In this document: piece after piece, positions 19,102 through 26,971 of the stretch | Layout of the letters: every line of letters starts with the position of its first letter | Position numbering within the stretch: position 1 is the stretch's first letter | Assembly (NCBI GenBank): GCA_024639505.1 | Contig: JAHEIE010000013.1 | Location: 1 to 49,558, forward strand | Origin: Crocinitomicaceae bacterium | GTDB lineage: Bacteria; Bacteroidota; Bacteroidia; Flavobacteriales_D; CAJJDF01 | Direction of reading: 5' to 3' | DNA: 49,558 nt | Translations under genes and position numbers: made by a program | Notes under the pieces: model-generated | What the model was told of the DNA's origin: nothing | Database searches by the model: none | What the model saw: only the letters and a program-made list of their open reading frames with translations

Positions 19102-19497
19102 ATGGGAAACGATGCAATAGGATATTTTTTTATAGTTCTTTTGGTGCTCATTGCAGCACCTTTGGTATTTTGGATAGGTTCTGTTTTGTACGCATGGGTA
19201 AAGTGGTTATTCAATGACAAAAGCAAATTGAATGCGAGTTATTCGGAAATGAGCGACTTTGAGAACCCAGTGAAAGAGAATATCACATTAAAATACAAAA
19301 TAGGAACTGACAGCAACACTCGTTTGGTTTTGTGCGACAACAATTTTTTGGAAATAAAAGAGTTGTTTAATGAACACAAGAACAAAGGATCGCACTCCTT
19401 TAATTTAGAAATAGATTCGATAAAGAGAGGTTCATATTTTTTGGAAATGACAACTTCAAATCAAAAAATAACAAAAAAGATAAGTATTGAAAATTAA
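19102..19497 (+). CDS. Small membrane-anchored protein whose only soluble part resembles a T9SS C-terminal sorting domain
   Basis: 131 aa. Hydrophobic N-terminus GYFFIVLLVLIAAPLVFWIGSVLYAWVKWLF. Then FENPVKENITLKYKIGTDSNTRLVLCDNNFLEIKELF...GSHSFNLEIDSIKRGSYFLEMTTSNQKITKKISIEN follows the Por_Secre_tail pattern (PNP-like start, beta strands, GxYf...K.i). Starts 3 nt after the upstream stop. Confidence 0.5.
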   Translation: MGNDAIGYFFIVLLVLIAAPLVFWIGSVLYAWVKWLFNDKSKLNASYSEMSDFENPVKENITLKYKIGTDSNTRLVLCDNNFLEIKELFNEHKNKGSHSFNLEIDSIKRGSYFLEMTTSNQKITKKISIEN

Positions 19498-20182
19498 CGG
19501 TTTTCATAGTGCCAAATTTTTGTTAGTAGGTTTTATTCTGCTAGCTCATCTCTCTTTTTCTCAAGAGGAAAGGATAGGAAGTATTCAGCCTCTTACAAAG
19601 TTTATTGCCAAATCCAATTTTAGAATTCCCTTCTCGAATTCGAATCCATTTTTTAAAGAAACTGCGAAAGGAGTTGTCCAAATGTCTGGAAGTTTGAATT
19701 ATTCTTTTGTCAAGAATTTTTATATCGGAGCTGGATACGATTACACTTATTTCAAATTATCTGAACAAAAATTGAACTCGAGCCCCAATGAGTTGTTGGA
19801 TGCAAAGATTCATTTACAAGGTTTTTATGGAGAGGTAAGTTATTTTTATTCCCTCTACGAAAGCATAGTATTTGAAGCCAATTTACTAGTTGGACAAGAA
19901 ACAATTCAAACCTCATCGGCTAAGTGTAGTTTGCTAGGAGATTCTCATGAAAAGAAAGGATTGTTTTGGAATCCTAATATCAATGTGTATCTCCTTACAG
20001 AAGAGGTTTTCTCTTTTTATTTTTCGATGGGTTACCGCATATCCTCTAATGGTTTTAAACCAAGTGATGTATGTGAAACTGAGTTTTCTGGATTCGAATC
20101 AAAGGATTACAATGGAAACTACGGTAGTTTTAATATTGGTTTTGGAATAGGATTTTCATTCATAAAACCAGATAAAAACTAG
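19487..20182 (+). CDS. Putative small outer-membrane beta-barrel protein
   Basis: 231 aa. The TTG start overlaps the upstream gene by 11 nt. Signal FLLVGFILLAHLSFSQ. Tyr/Gly/Phe-rich alternating strands (YIGAGYDYTYF, FNIGFGIGFSF). Confidence 0.5.
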   Translation: MKINGFHSAKFLLVGFILLAHLSFSQEERIGSIQPLTKFIAKSNFRIPFSNSNPFFKETAKGVVQMSGSLNYSFVKNFYIGAGYDYTYFKLSEQKLNSSPNELLDAKIHLQGFYGEVSYFYSLYESIVFEANLLVGQETIQTSSAKCSLLGDSHEKKGLFWNPNINVYLLTEEVFSFYFSMGYRISSNGFKPSDVCETEFSGFESKDYNGNYGSFNIGFGIGFSFIKPDKN

Positions 20183-20183
20183 A

Positions 20184-20684
20184 ATGAAAATAGGAATTAT
20201 TTCTGATACTCACGGATATCTGGACGAGCAAGTTTTCGAATATTTCAAGGATTGTGACGAGATATGGCACGCGGGTGACATTGGTGACTTACAAGTTACA
20301 GATAGATTGAAAGAGTTTAAACGACTCAAGTGTGTATTTGGAAATATTGATGGGGCAGAAGCACGCTCAGAATTTAGAGAAACCATCAGGTTTACCTGTA
20401 AAGGATTGGTTGTGATGATGACTCACATTGGAGGAAAACAATATGTGTACACTCCTCATTTACGCGAGGATTTACAACGAAATCCGCCCGATATATTTGT
20501 TTGCGGACATTCGCACATTCTCAAAGTTGGCTACGATAAGCGATTTGGGTTTTTGTATATGAATCCCGGTGCTGCCGGAATCCATGGCTTTCATAAAGTA
20601 CGAACTTTACTCAGATTCGAAATCATAAATAAAAAACCAACAAACCTGGAAGTCATAGAACTTGGCCCAAGAGTAAAAAGTTAG
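20184..20684 (+). CDS. YfcE/MJ0936-family metallophosphoesterase
   Basis: 166 aa. Motifs GIISDTHG, WHAGD, GNIDG and CGHSH. Confidence 0.85.
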   Translation: MKIGIISDTHGYLDEQVFEYFKDCDEIWHAGDIGDLQVTDRLKEFKRLKCVFGNIDGAEARSEFRETIRFTCKGLVVMMTHIGGKQYVYTPHLREDLQRNPPDIFVCGHSHILKVGYDKRFGFLYMNPGAAGIHGFHKVRTLLRFEIINKKPTNLEVIELGPRVKS

Positions 20685-20694
20685 ATTCTGACTA

Positions 20695-20835
20695 ATGGGA
20701 AAAAAGGGTTGTTGTAAGAAAAAGTGCTGTAAAAAGTACAAAGAAAAAAAGAAGGAATACTGTAAAAAGTGTCCCAAGACTTGCGTAATATGCGAGAGTA
20801 ATGGAGGCAAAAAGAAGAAAAAGAAGAAAAAATAG
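20695..20835 (+). CDS. Candidate 46-aa Cys/Lys-rich micropeptide (not in the ORF track)
   Basis: Hand translation gives MGKKGCCKKKCCKKYKEKKKEYCKKCPKTCVICESNGGKKKKKKKK*. The ATG is 10 nt after the upstream stop, and the TAG is 14 nt before the FecCD ATG. No homology evidence is available to me. Confidence 0.4.
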   Translation: MGKKGCCKKKCCKKYKEKKKEYCKKCPKTCVICESNGGKKKKKKKK

Positions 20836-20849
20836 TTTTACTTTTACAT

Positions 20850-21815
20850 ATGACTCTTACCAAGAAATTTATTGCCTTGTTATTCACTTTGGGAGTTCTC
20901 TCTTTTTTGGGAATTGTTCTAGGGTCTGTTTTAGTTCCACTAGATTGGTCTAATGAACTCATCTTTAAGCTAAGAATTCCTAGGACTTTAACCGCGATTA
21001 TTTGTGGAGCTGGAATCTCCATAGCAGGTTTGTTGATGCAAACCATCTTCAGAAATCCATTAGCAGGTCCTTCGGTTTTAGGAATTTCTTCAGGAAGTAC
21101 TTTGGGAGTGGCAATTGGTGTTTTTACGATGCAATCTATAGGTGTAACTTGGCTCAATGAAAAATTTTCTTTGTCCATTTTGGCAGTTTTAGGAGCCATG
21201 TTGGTTACTGCATTTATATTGGGAGTTTCTCGATTTGTAAAAAAAAGTAATACCCTTTTGATCATAGGATTGATGATGGGATATTTTGTTTCCTCTGTCG
21301 TGAATATTTTTTCATTTTATGGAGATAAAACCAATCTTCAATCTTTTGTTTATTGGGGACTTGGAAGTTTTAATAAAGAAATAGAATTGGATACTCTGAG
21401 TATTTATTACATTCCAATTATCCTTATAATTATTCTTGTGTTTTTTCTCCAAAAACCATTGGATATGTTGCTCATGGGTGAGAAATATGCAAGATCCTTA
21501 GGGCTCAATGTATCTAAAATCAGATGGATTTCCATTCTCTTTGCAGGAGTATTGGTTGGTGTCATTACAGCATTGTGTGGTCCAATAGCTTTTTTGGGAA
21601 TTGCTGTGCCACATTTGGCCAGAAATTTCATTCACAAATCTTCGCACAAATGGGTCATTCCGTTCACCTTAGTTATGGGTTCGGTGTTAGGTTTAATTTG
21701 TGATATCATCGCAAGGTTGCCTGGCATGGATGGTAATTTGCCATTAAACGCTGTGACTAGTTTTATAGGAGCACCTATTGTTGTTTGGATTGTTTTTAAA
21801 AATAAAATGGTGTAA
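20850..21815 (+). CDS. FecCD/BtuC-family ABC importer permease (iron-chelate / cobalamin type)
   Basis: 321 aa. RIPRTLTAIICGAGISIAGLLMQTIFRNPLAGPSVLGISSG is the family signature region. About 9-10 TM segments. Confidence 0.9.
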   Translation: MTLTKKFIALLFTLGVLSFLGIVLGSVLVPLDWSNELIFKLRIPRTLTAIICGAGISIAGLLMQTIFRNPLAGPSVLGISSGSTLGVAIGVFTMQSIGVTWLNEKFSLSILAVLGAMLVTAFILGVSRFVKKSNTLLIIGLMMGYFVSSVVNIFSFYGDKTNLQSFVYWGLGSFNKEIELDTLSIYYIPIILIIILVFFLQKPLDMLLMGEKYARSLGLNVSKIRWISILFAGVLVGVITALCGPIAFLGIAVPHLARNFIHKSSHKWVIPFTLVMGSVLGLICDIIARLPGMDGNLPLNAVTSFIGAPIVVWIVFKNKMV

Positions 21816-21816
21816 C

Positions 21817-22509
21817 ATGAACAAAACCACTACACTCAGTTTGTCAAATTTGTATATTGGCTACACCAAGGAAAATCCCTTGATAGAGTCAATTAACATA
21901 GAGGCCAACCAAGGAGATTTAATTGCTCTTATGGGATTAAACGGAAGCGGAAAAACAACCTTGTTTAAAACAATACTAGGCGAAACCCCAAGTATAAGAG
22001 GTGAAATAGAAGTAGGGAATTCTTCTCACGAAATTCACAAAAACATAAGTGTCGTATTTACAGAAAGAATTGATATTTACGGATTCACGGTTGCAGATAT
22101 GATTGCACAGGGAAGAGCAGCACACACCAATATATTTGGAAAACTTACTAACCACGACAAAGAGGTGATTCAAGAACAGTTGACAGCTTTGAGTCTGGAA
22201 GAAATAGCGACTCAACAGATCAATAGCTTGAGCGATGGTCAGTTTCAAAAAGTAATGATAGCTAGAGCTTTGGCTCAGGAAACCCAAGTTTTGTTATTAG
22301 ACGAGCCCACTGCTTTTTTAGATGTGAAGAACAAGAGAATGATACACGATTTATTACATTCGTTAGCTTCTTCGGGTAATAAAACTATTTTGGCTTCTAC
22401 CCATGATGTATTATTTTGCAATTCTTATTGCAGCAAATCTTGGGTGATAGATAACAAAAGGCTGAAAGAAAAAAATCCGAAAGAAATTACAGAGTTATTT
22501 TTTGATTAA
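21817..22509 (+). CDS. ABC transporter ATP-binding protein (FecE/BtuD type)
   Basis: About 230 aa from ATG 21817 (MNKTTTLSLSNL), 1 nt after the permease stop. Walker A GLNGSGKTT, signature LSDGQFQKV, Walker B LLLDEPTAFLD, H-loop STHD. Confidence 0.9.
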   Translation: MNKTTTLSLSNLYIGYTKENPLIESINIEANQGDLIALMGLNGSGKTTLFKTILGETPSIRGEIEVGNSSHEIHKNISVVFTERIDIYGFTVADMIAQGRAAHTNIFGKLTNHDKEVIQEQLTALSLEEIATQQINSLSDGQFQKVMIARALAQETQVLLLDEPTAFLDVKNKRMIHDLLHSLASSGNKTILASTHDVLFCNSYCSKSWVIDNKRLKEKNPKEITELFFD

Positions 22510-23387
22510 CTAAAAAGTGAAAGAATCTTCTTCATTGTTTCGGCTTTTTCTGTGTATCCCGATTTTTCGTAAGAAAATACAAGATTATTCACCATTCTTT
22601 TTATGATATCCTTATTTGAACAAGGAGAATAAAACTCTTCTTTTTGTGGTAAATTCAATTGAAATAGGAACGAATCAATTTCTTTTTTATCAAACATGGT
22701 TCCTTTGTTAAATGGGTTGATGTAGACAAGTACATCTTCAGATTCCATTTCGGTTAAGTGAATATTTGTCATGAACTCATCAAGGTAACAGAGCACAAAA
22801 TGACTAGGCAGATTCACACCAAAAATTGGCAATCCCAAATCTTGTGTTACGAGTAAGTATATGATTGAGAGAGACAATGGATTGCCTTTCTTGTTTTCAA
22901 TAACATTACTCAAAAATGAACTATGCGGTGAGTGGTAGTTTTTTTTATTCCCACTGAATCCGTGGCTTTCAAATAATATTTTATTTACTACTTTTATTTT
23001 TTCAAAACTGGTTAGGTTTGGGTTTATTTCAAGCCAAATGTCTCTTTTTATTTTTTCCAAAGAATCCAATACAACCTTTGGATTCATATCCGGGTATTGA
23101 AATTGATTGATAAGAATAGCGCCTCTCAATAAGTCAGGAGCATCCTGTTCTATCCATCTTTCAAGTTTTTTGAATGTAGAATCAAATTGAATTTGCTGAA
23201 TCAGATCTTCAATTCTTTCTTGCGATTGATGATTTATAGGATTGTTTTCCCAGTATTCTTCCAAGAAAGGGATCGTATCACCTCCCAATTCCATTAGCTT
23301 ATTTCTTACCTCAGTGAAAATAAAATCATCTGGATCATCCAATAGGCTAATCAAAGCAGTTATTTCTTGGTTGTTTTTCAAAATCAC
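22506..23387 (-). CDS. SirB1/YchA-like transglutaminase-like plus TPR protein
   Basis: 293 aa. GNPLSLSIIYLLVTQDLGLPIFGVNLPSHFVL matches the SirB1-N/transglutaminase-like core as I remember it. Helical C-terminus. Confidence 0.6.
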   Translation of the reverse strand: MILKNNQEITALISLLDDPDDFIFTEVRNKLMELGGDTIPFLEEYWENNPINHQSQERIEDLIQQIQFDSTFKKLERWIEQDAPDLLRGAILINQFQYPDMNPKVVLDSLEKIKRDIWLEINPNLTSFEKIKVVNKILFESHGFSGNKKNYHSPHSSFLSNVIENKKGNPLSLSIIYLLVTQDLGLPIFGVNLPSHFVLCYLDEFMTNIHLTEMESEDVLVYINPFNKGTMFDKKEIDSFLFQLNLPQKEEFYSPCSNKDIIKRMVNNLVFSYEKSGYTEKAETMKKILSLFS

Positions 23388-23478
23388 TGTTATTAAATGT
23401 ATATAAAAGTAGGTAGGTTAGCAGCTTATATCTCGTTTTATCTGGCATTTTATACACAGCCAAGTGTTTATTTAGTTC

Positions 23479-23486
23479 TATATTTG
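23479..23486 (+). promoter_or_regulatory. Candidate -7 promoter box (TATATTTG)
   Basis: TAnnTTTG ends 5 nt before ATG 23492. This implies a near-leaderless mRNA or a downstream start. Confidence 0.35.
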
Positions 23487-23491
23487 TCTCA

Positions 23492-24847
23492 ATGAAGCCC
23501 GTAAATCTCATAAAATATTTGTTGGTTGGTTTGTCAATAGTCTGGTACATTATTCTGTATCATTTTATAGAGAGAAGCGAATTTTTATTTTTCATTTCGG
23601 GTACCTTAATTCTCGGGTTGTCTTATTTTTACTGGATAGCACAAAACAGTTTTGGTCCCAAGGAAGTGATTGTGTTAGCTATATTGTTTAGAGCTTTGTT
23701 TCTGTTAGGAATGCCCAATTTATCAGATGATTATTTCAGGTTTTTTTGGGATGGTAAGTTAACCGTTGAAGGAGTAAATCCATACGAGTTTACTCCACAA
23801 CAATATAATGAAAACGGCCTCGACTCTCAATCCCAAGAAGTTTATCCTTTTCTCAATTCCCAAGAATACTTTTCAGTTTATCCACCTGTCAATCAATTTT
23901 TTTTCAAGTCAGCTGCATTTTTGGCAAAAGGTAATTTACAAGGAACTGTTTTTTTTCTCAAGTTATTTATTTTCTTGTTCGATATTGCTTTTATTTTTCT
24001 TTTGATGCAATTTCTCAGAAAACTTCTATTGCCAGCCGCACTTGCACAAATTTATGCCTTGAATCCTTTGGTGATTATTGAGCTCACAGGGAATCTTCAT
24101 TTTGAGGGTGTAATGTTGTTCTTTTTATTCTCAGGGATTTTCTATTTATGGAAAAACAGGTTGGTGTTCGCTTCCTTAGCAATTGGGCTATCTGTAGGTG
24201 TAAAAATAATTCCATTACTTCTTTTGCCTTTATTTCTGCCATTCATCGGTATAAAGAAGAGTATAAAACTCTATTTCGGAATATTTTTCTTTGTCTTTTT
24301 GTTTTCTTGGCCTTTTTTAAGCTCGAAGGTAATTCTTAATTTTTCCGAAAGTCTCAATTTGTATTTTCAAACCTTCGAGTTTAATTCAAGTGTTTACTAT
24401 TTAGCAAAGCAAATTAGTATAGAGTTTTTAGGATTTAAATCACCGTCTATAGGAATTTTGCTTCCATTCTTCACCTTGCTTGTTATTTTGGCTCTCACGG
24501 GGTATTTGTGGGTAAAAAAACCATTGTTAAGAGAATCAAGGATAGACATTTCATTGTTTATGAAATTCTCAGCTATGGCCTTGGCAGTATATTATCTCAT
24601 GTCTTCTACTGTGCATCCTTGGTACGTTATCAATATATTGGTTTTTTCTGTTATTTCATTTTCAAGAGCATTCGTAGCATGGAGTATCCTCGTATTTTTA
24701 AGTTACTTTGTATACAGTGAGAATGTTTTAGATTTCGCACCACATCAGGATTTTAATTCTTATTGGCTTTATTATATTTTTATTTTCATTCAGTACGCAA
24801 TTGTGTTATTTATTTTTATTTTTGACCTTTCAAAAAAACACAAATAA
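23492..24847 (+). CDS. Polytopic GT-C-like membrane glycosyltransferase (mannosyltransferase/DUF2029-like)
   Basis: 451 aa with about 11 TM segments. An early loop reads LSDDYFRFFWDGKLTVEGVNPY, followed by LNPLVIIELTGNLHFEGVM. This resembles PIG-type/GT87-like mannosyltransferases. Confidence 0.55.
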   Translation: MKPVNLIKYLLVGLSIVWYIILYHFIERSEFLFFISGTLILGLSYFYWIAQNSFGPKEVIVLAILFRALFLLGMPNLSDDYFRFFWDGKLTVEGVNPYEFTPQQYNENGLDSQSQEVYPFLNSQEYFSVYPPVNQFFFKSAAFLAKGNLQGTVFFLKLFIFLFDIAFIFLLMQFLRKLLLPAALAQIYALNPLVIIELTGNLHFEGVMLFFLFSGIFYLWKNRLVFASLAIGLSVGVKIIPLLLLPLFLPFIGIKKSIKLYFGIFFFVFLFSWPFLSSKVILNFSESLNLYFQTFEFNSSVYYLAKQISIEFLGFKSPSIGILLPFFTLLVILALTGYLWVKKPLLRESRIDISLFMKFSAMALAVYYLMSSTVHPWYVINILVFSVISFSRAFVAWSILVFLSYFVYSENVLDFAPHQDFNSYWLYYIFIFIQYAIVLFIFIFDLSKKHK

Positions 24848-25314
24848 TGATGAAACAAATTTCTCTTATTTCTTTATTTATTATAGTTCTAGCTTCTTGC
24901 TCAAGTAAAACTTCTAAAACTTTAAACCTTTCAGATATTGAACCGACAGAAGAGTATAGTGAACGAATGATGCCTCATCTAATCGATGTGGATAGGACTC
25001 AGTTTCATTTTGATGATTTTACATACAATCAAATTGATAGTTTATTGCTTGTGACTCTTGAAATCCAGAAAAATGAAGATGTAATGGTTTTGGACTCGGA
25101 AGTTTTTCATTCATTTGTACAACGTACCGAAGTGCTCATGAACGAAATGGGCGAATTAGAAAACGATTCGCATGCTATCCTTATGGAATACTCTCATCCT
25201 TTAAGAGATCTTATAGAGGATTTAAATGCTTCGGAGGGCAGAGATGTTTTATTGAAAAGAGTACGAGATATGCAAGTGTATTTACTTAATTTTGAACAGT
25301 TGTTTCCCAGATAA
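24847..25314 (+). CDS. Hypothetical helical lipoprotein
   Basis: 155 aa. MMKQISLISLFIIVLASCSS lipobox. The ATG overlaps the upstream TAA (TAATG). Confidence 0.55.
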   Translation: MMKQISLISLFIIVLASCSSKTSKTLNLSDIEPTEEYSERMMPHLIDVDRTQFHFDDFTYNQIDSLLLVTLEIQKNEDVMVLDSEVFHSFVQRTEVLMNEMGELENDSHAILMEYSHPLRDLIEDLNASEGRDVLLKRVRDMQVYLLNFEQLFPR

Positions 25315-25331
25315 ACCAAATAAGATAACAC

Positions 25332-25363
25332 AAAGAGCCAATTGATAAATTGGCTCTTTTTTT
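25332..25363 (+). terminator. Rho-independent terminator
   Basis: AAAGAGCCAATT-GATA-AATTGGCTCTTT forms a perfect 12-bp stem with a 4-nt loop and runs into a T-tract. It lies 18 nt after the stop at 25314. Confidence 0.8.
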
Positions 25364-25405
25364 ATACAACTATTTCTTATTTTTAACTTTCAAACAAACG
25401 ATCCA

Positions 25406-26971
25406 ATGAAACATATTTATTCTATTCCTCTGGCTGTGCTATTCTTTGTTTCTTGCGTCAAATTCAAAACCGCAGATTTGGTAGTTCATAATGCAAGGAT
25501 TTACGCTGTAAATCAGAAGTTTGAGGTTGCTCAAGCTATGGCAATACAAGACGGAAAAATTATAGCTATTGGCAAAGAGCACGAAATCATGAACAAATAT
25601 CGAGCAGTTAAATTGCTGGATGCCGAAACTCGACCCATATATCCTGGTTTTATGGATGCGCATTGCCACTTTTTGGGTTCTGGACTCAATTCGTTGGCTG
25701 TAGATTTAAGTGAATGTAAATCAATGGATGAGGTGGCAGAAAAACTAAAAACATTCAGAATAAATAATCAAGATTCAAAATGGTTGATTGGCTATGGATG
25801 GAATGAAAATAATTGGGAGAACTCTCTTATTGATAATCAATTATTGAACGAAAATTTCGAAGAAACGCCAGTTTTATTATGGCGAGTAGATGGACACAGC
25901 TTGATTGTAAATAAAAAAGCAATTGCACAAACAAATCTTGAGTTTGAAAAATCAAATGGGTTGGTTTCTGAAGAATATATCCCAGAATTTACCAAAGCAA
26001 TAGAATACACTGAAGCTCAAAAGAAAGCGGGGTTGAGGTTTGCCGAGGAGAATTATTTTTCAAAAGGAGTTACCTCAGTTTCGGATGCAGGACTTACTAG
26101 TTCGGAGGTAAGATTGATAGAAAAAATGCAAGAGTCTGGAACGTTGGATATGAATGTAAATGCAATGCTGTACTTCAGTAAAGAGGCAAGTATGACTCTT
26201 CCAATATTAAAAAATAAATTAACTGCAAACACCTATAAAGTTGTGCTAGACGGAAGTGTTGGCTCGCAATCGGCTTGTTTTAAACAACCTTACAAAGGAA
26301 CAAATGAGTACGGTAAATTATTGATGACACGAGATAGCTTGGCTCGGATAGCACAAATTGCCTTTGACCAAGGAGCGCAGCTGGCTGTTCATGCCATTGG
26401 CGATTCGGCAGTAAAAGTAGCTCTAGACGTAATGGGGAAAGTTTTGAAAGGCACAAACGGATTGGCTTGGAGAATAGAACATGCTCAAACAGTAGGGGGA
26501 TCTGAAATGGAATTATTCAGGAAATTTTCCATTATTCCTTCGGTGCAACCAACACATTTGTGGGATGATAAAGATATGGCAGAGAAAAAACTCAATGATT
26601 CTCAATTGGCTATTTCTTACCGATTAAAATCTTTACTGGAACAGAATCAAACTATTCCTCTGGGAACCGATTATCCTGTGGCGTGTAACAATCCGATTCA
26701 CACCTTTTACAATGCTGTTTTTCGTGCTAACAAGCCTTGGGTTTTGCAAAGCGAGAATCTGAGTAGGGAAGAGGCTTTGAAGGGAATTACCTTTTGGGTA
26801 GCTCTTGCAAACAAAACGTATGAGCAAAATGGAAGTTTAGAAATTGGTAAATCAGCAGATTTTGTGATATTGGATAGAGATATTATGAAAATCCCAAAGG
26901 ACGAATTGCAATCAGCAGAAGTTCTCAAAACTTATGTTTCGGGAGGTTTGGTTTTCGAAAAGATTAATTAA
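25406..26971 (+). CDS. Amidohydrolase-family metal-dependent hydrolase (YtcJ-like), lipoprotein/secreted
   Basis: 521 aa with a signal containing Cys (FFVSCVKF). PGFMDAHCHF HxH motif, VHAIGD, RIEHAQ and a GTDYPV C-terminal Asp region. Confidence 0.85.
   Translation: MKHIYSIPLAVLFFVSCVKFKTADLVVHNARIYAVNQKFEVAQAMAIQDGKIIAIGKEHEIMNKYRAVKLLDAETRPIYPGFMDAHCHFLGSGLNSLAVDLSECKSMDEVAEKLKTFRINNQDSKWLIGYGWNENNWENSLIDNQLLNENFEETPVLLWRVDGHSLIVNKKAIAQTNLEFEKSNGLVSEEYIPEFTKAIEYTEAQKKAGLRFAEENYFSKGVTSVSDAGLTSSEVRLIEKMQESGTLDMNVNAMLYFSKEASMTLPILKNKLTANTYKVVLDGSVGSQSACFKQPYKGTNEYGKLLMTRDSLARIAQIAFDQGAQLAVHAIGDSAVKVALDVMGKVLKGTNGLAWRIEHAQTVGGSEMELFRKFSIIPSVQPTHLWDDKDMAEKKLNDSQLAISYRLKSLLEQNQTIPLGTDYPVACNNPIHTFYNAVFRANKPWVLQSENLSREEALKGITFWVALANKTYEQNGSLEIGKSADFVILDRDIMKIPKDELQSAEVLKTYVSGGLVFEKIN

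Noticed and set aside
20090-20100. GGATTCGAATC and similar TTCGAAT-containing strings (also near 19628 and 33224) as possible tRNA T-arms
   Set aside because: The flanking bases do not form a T-stem or acceptor stem, and the hits lie inside well-supported CDSs. No tRNA can be folded by eye.
20685-20849. Possible cobalamin riboswitch upstream of the FecCD/BtuC-type permease
   Set aside because: The 165-nt spacer is extremely A-rich, lacks anything like a B12 box or GC-rich paired elements, and is better explained by the small ORF.
20681-21265. Minus-strand 194-aa ORF from the track
   Set aside because: It runs antisense through the N-terminal third of the strongly supported FecCD permease and through the Cys/Lys peptide ORF. 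No motifs, so it is most likely a shadow ORF.
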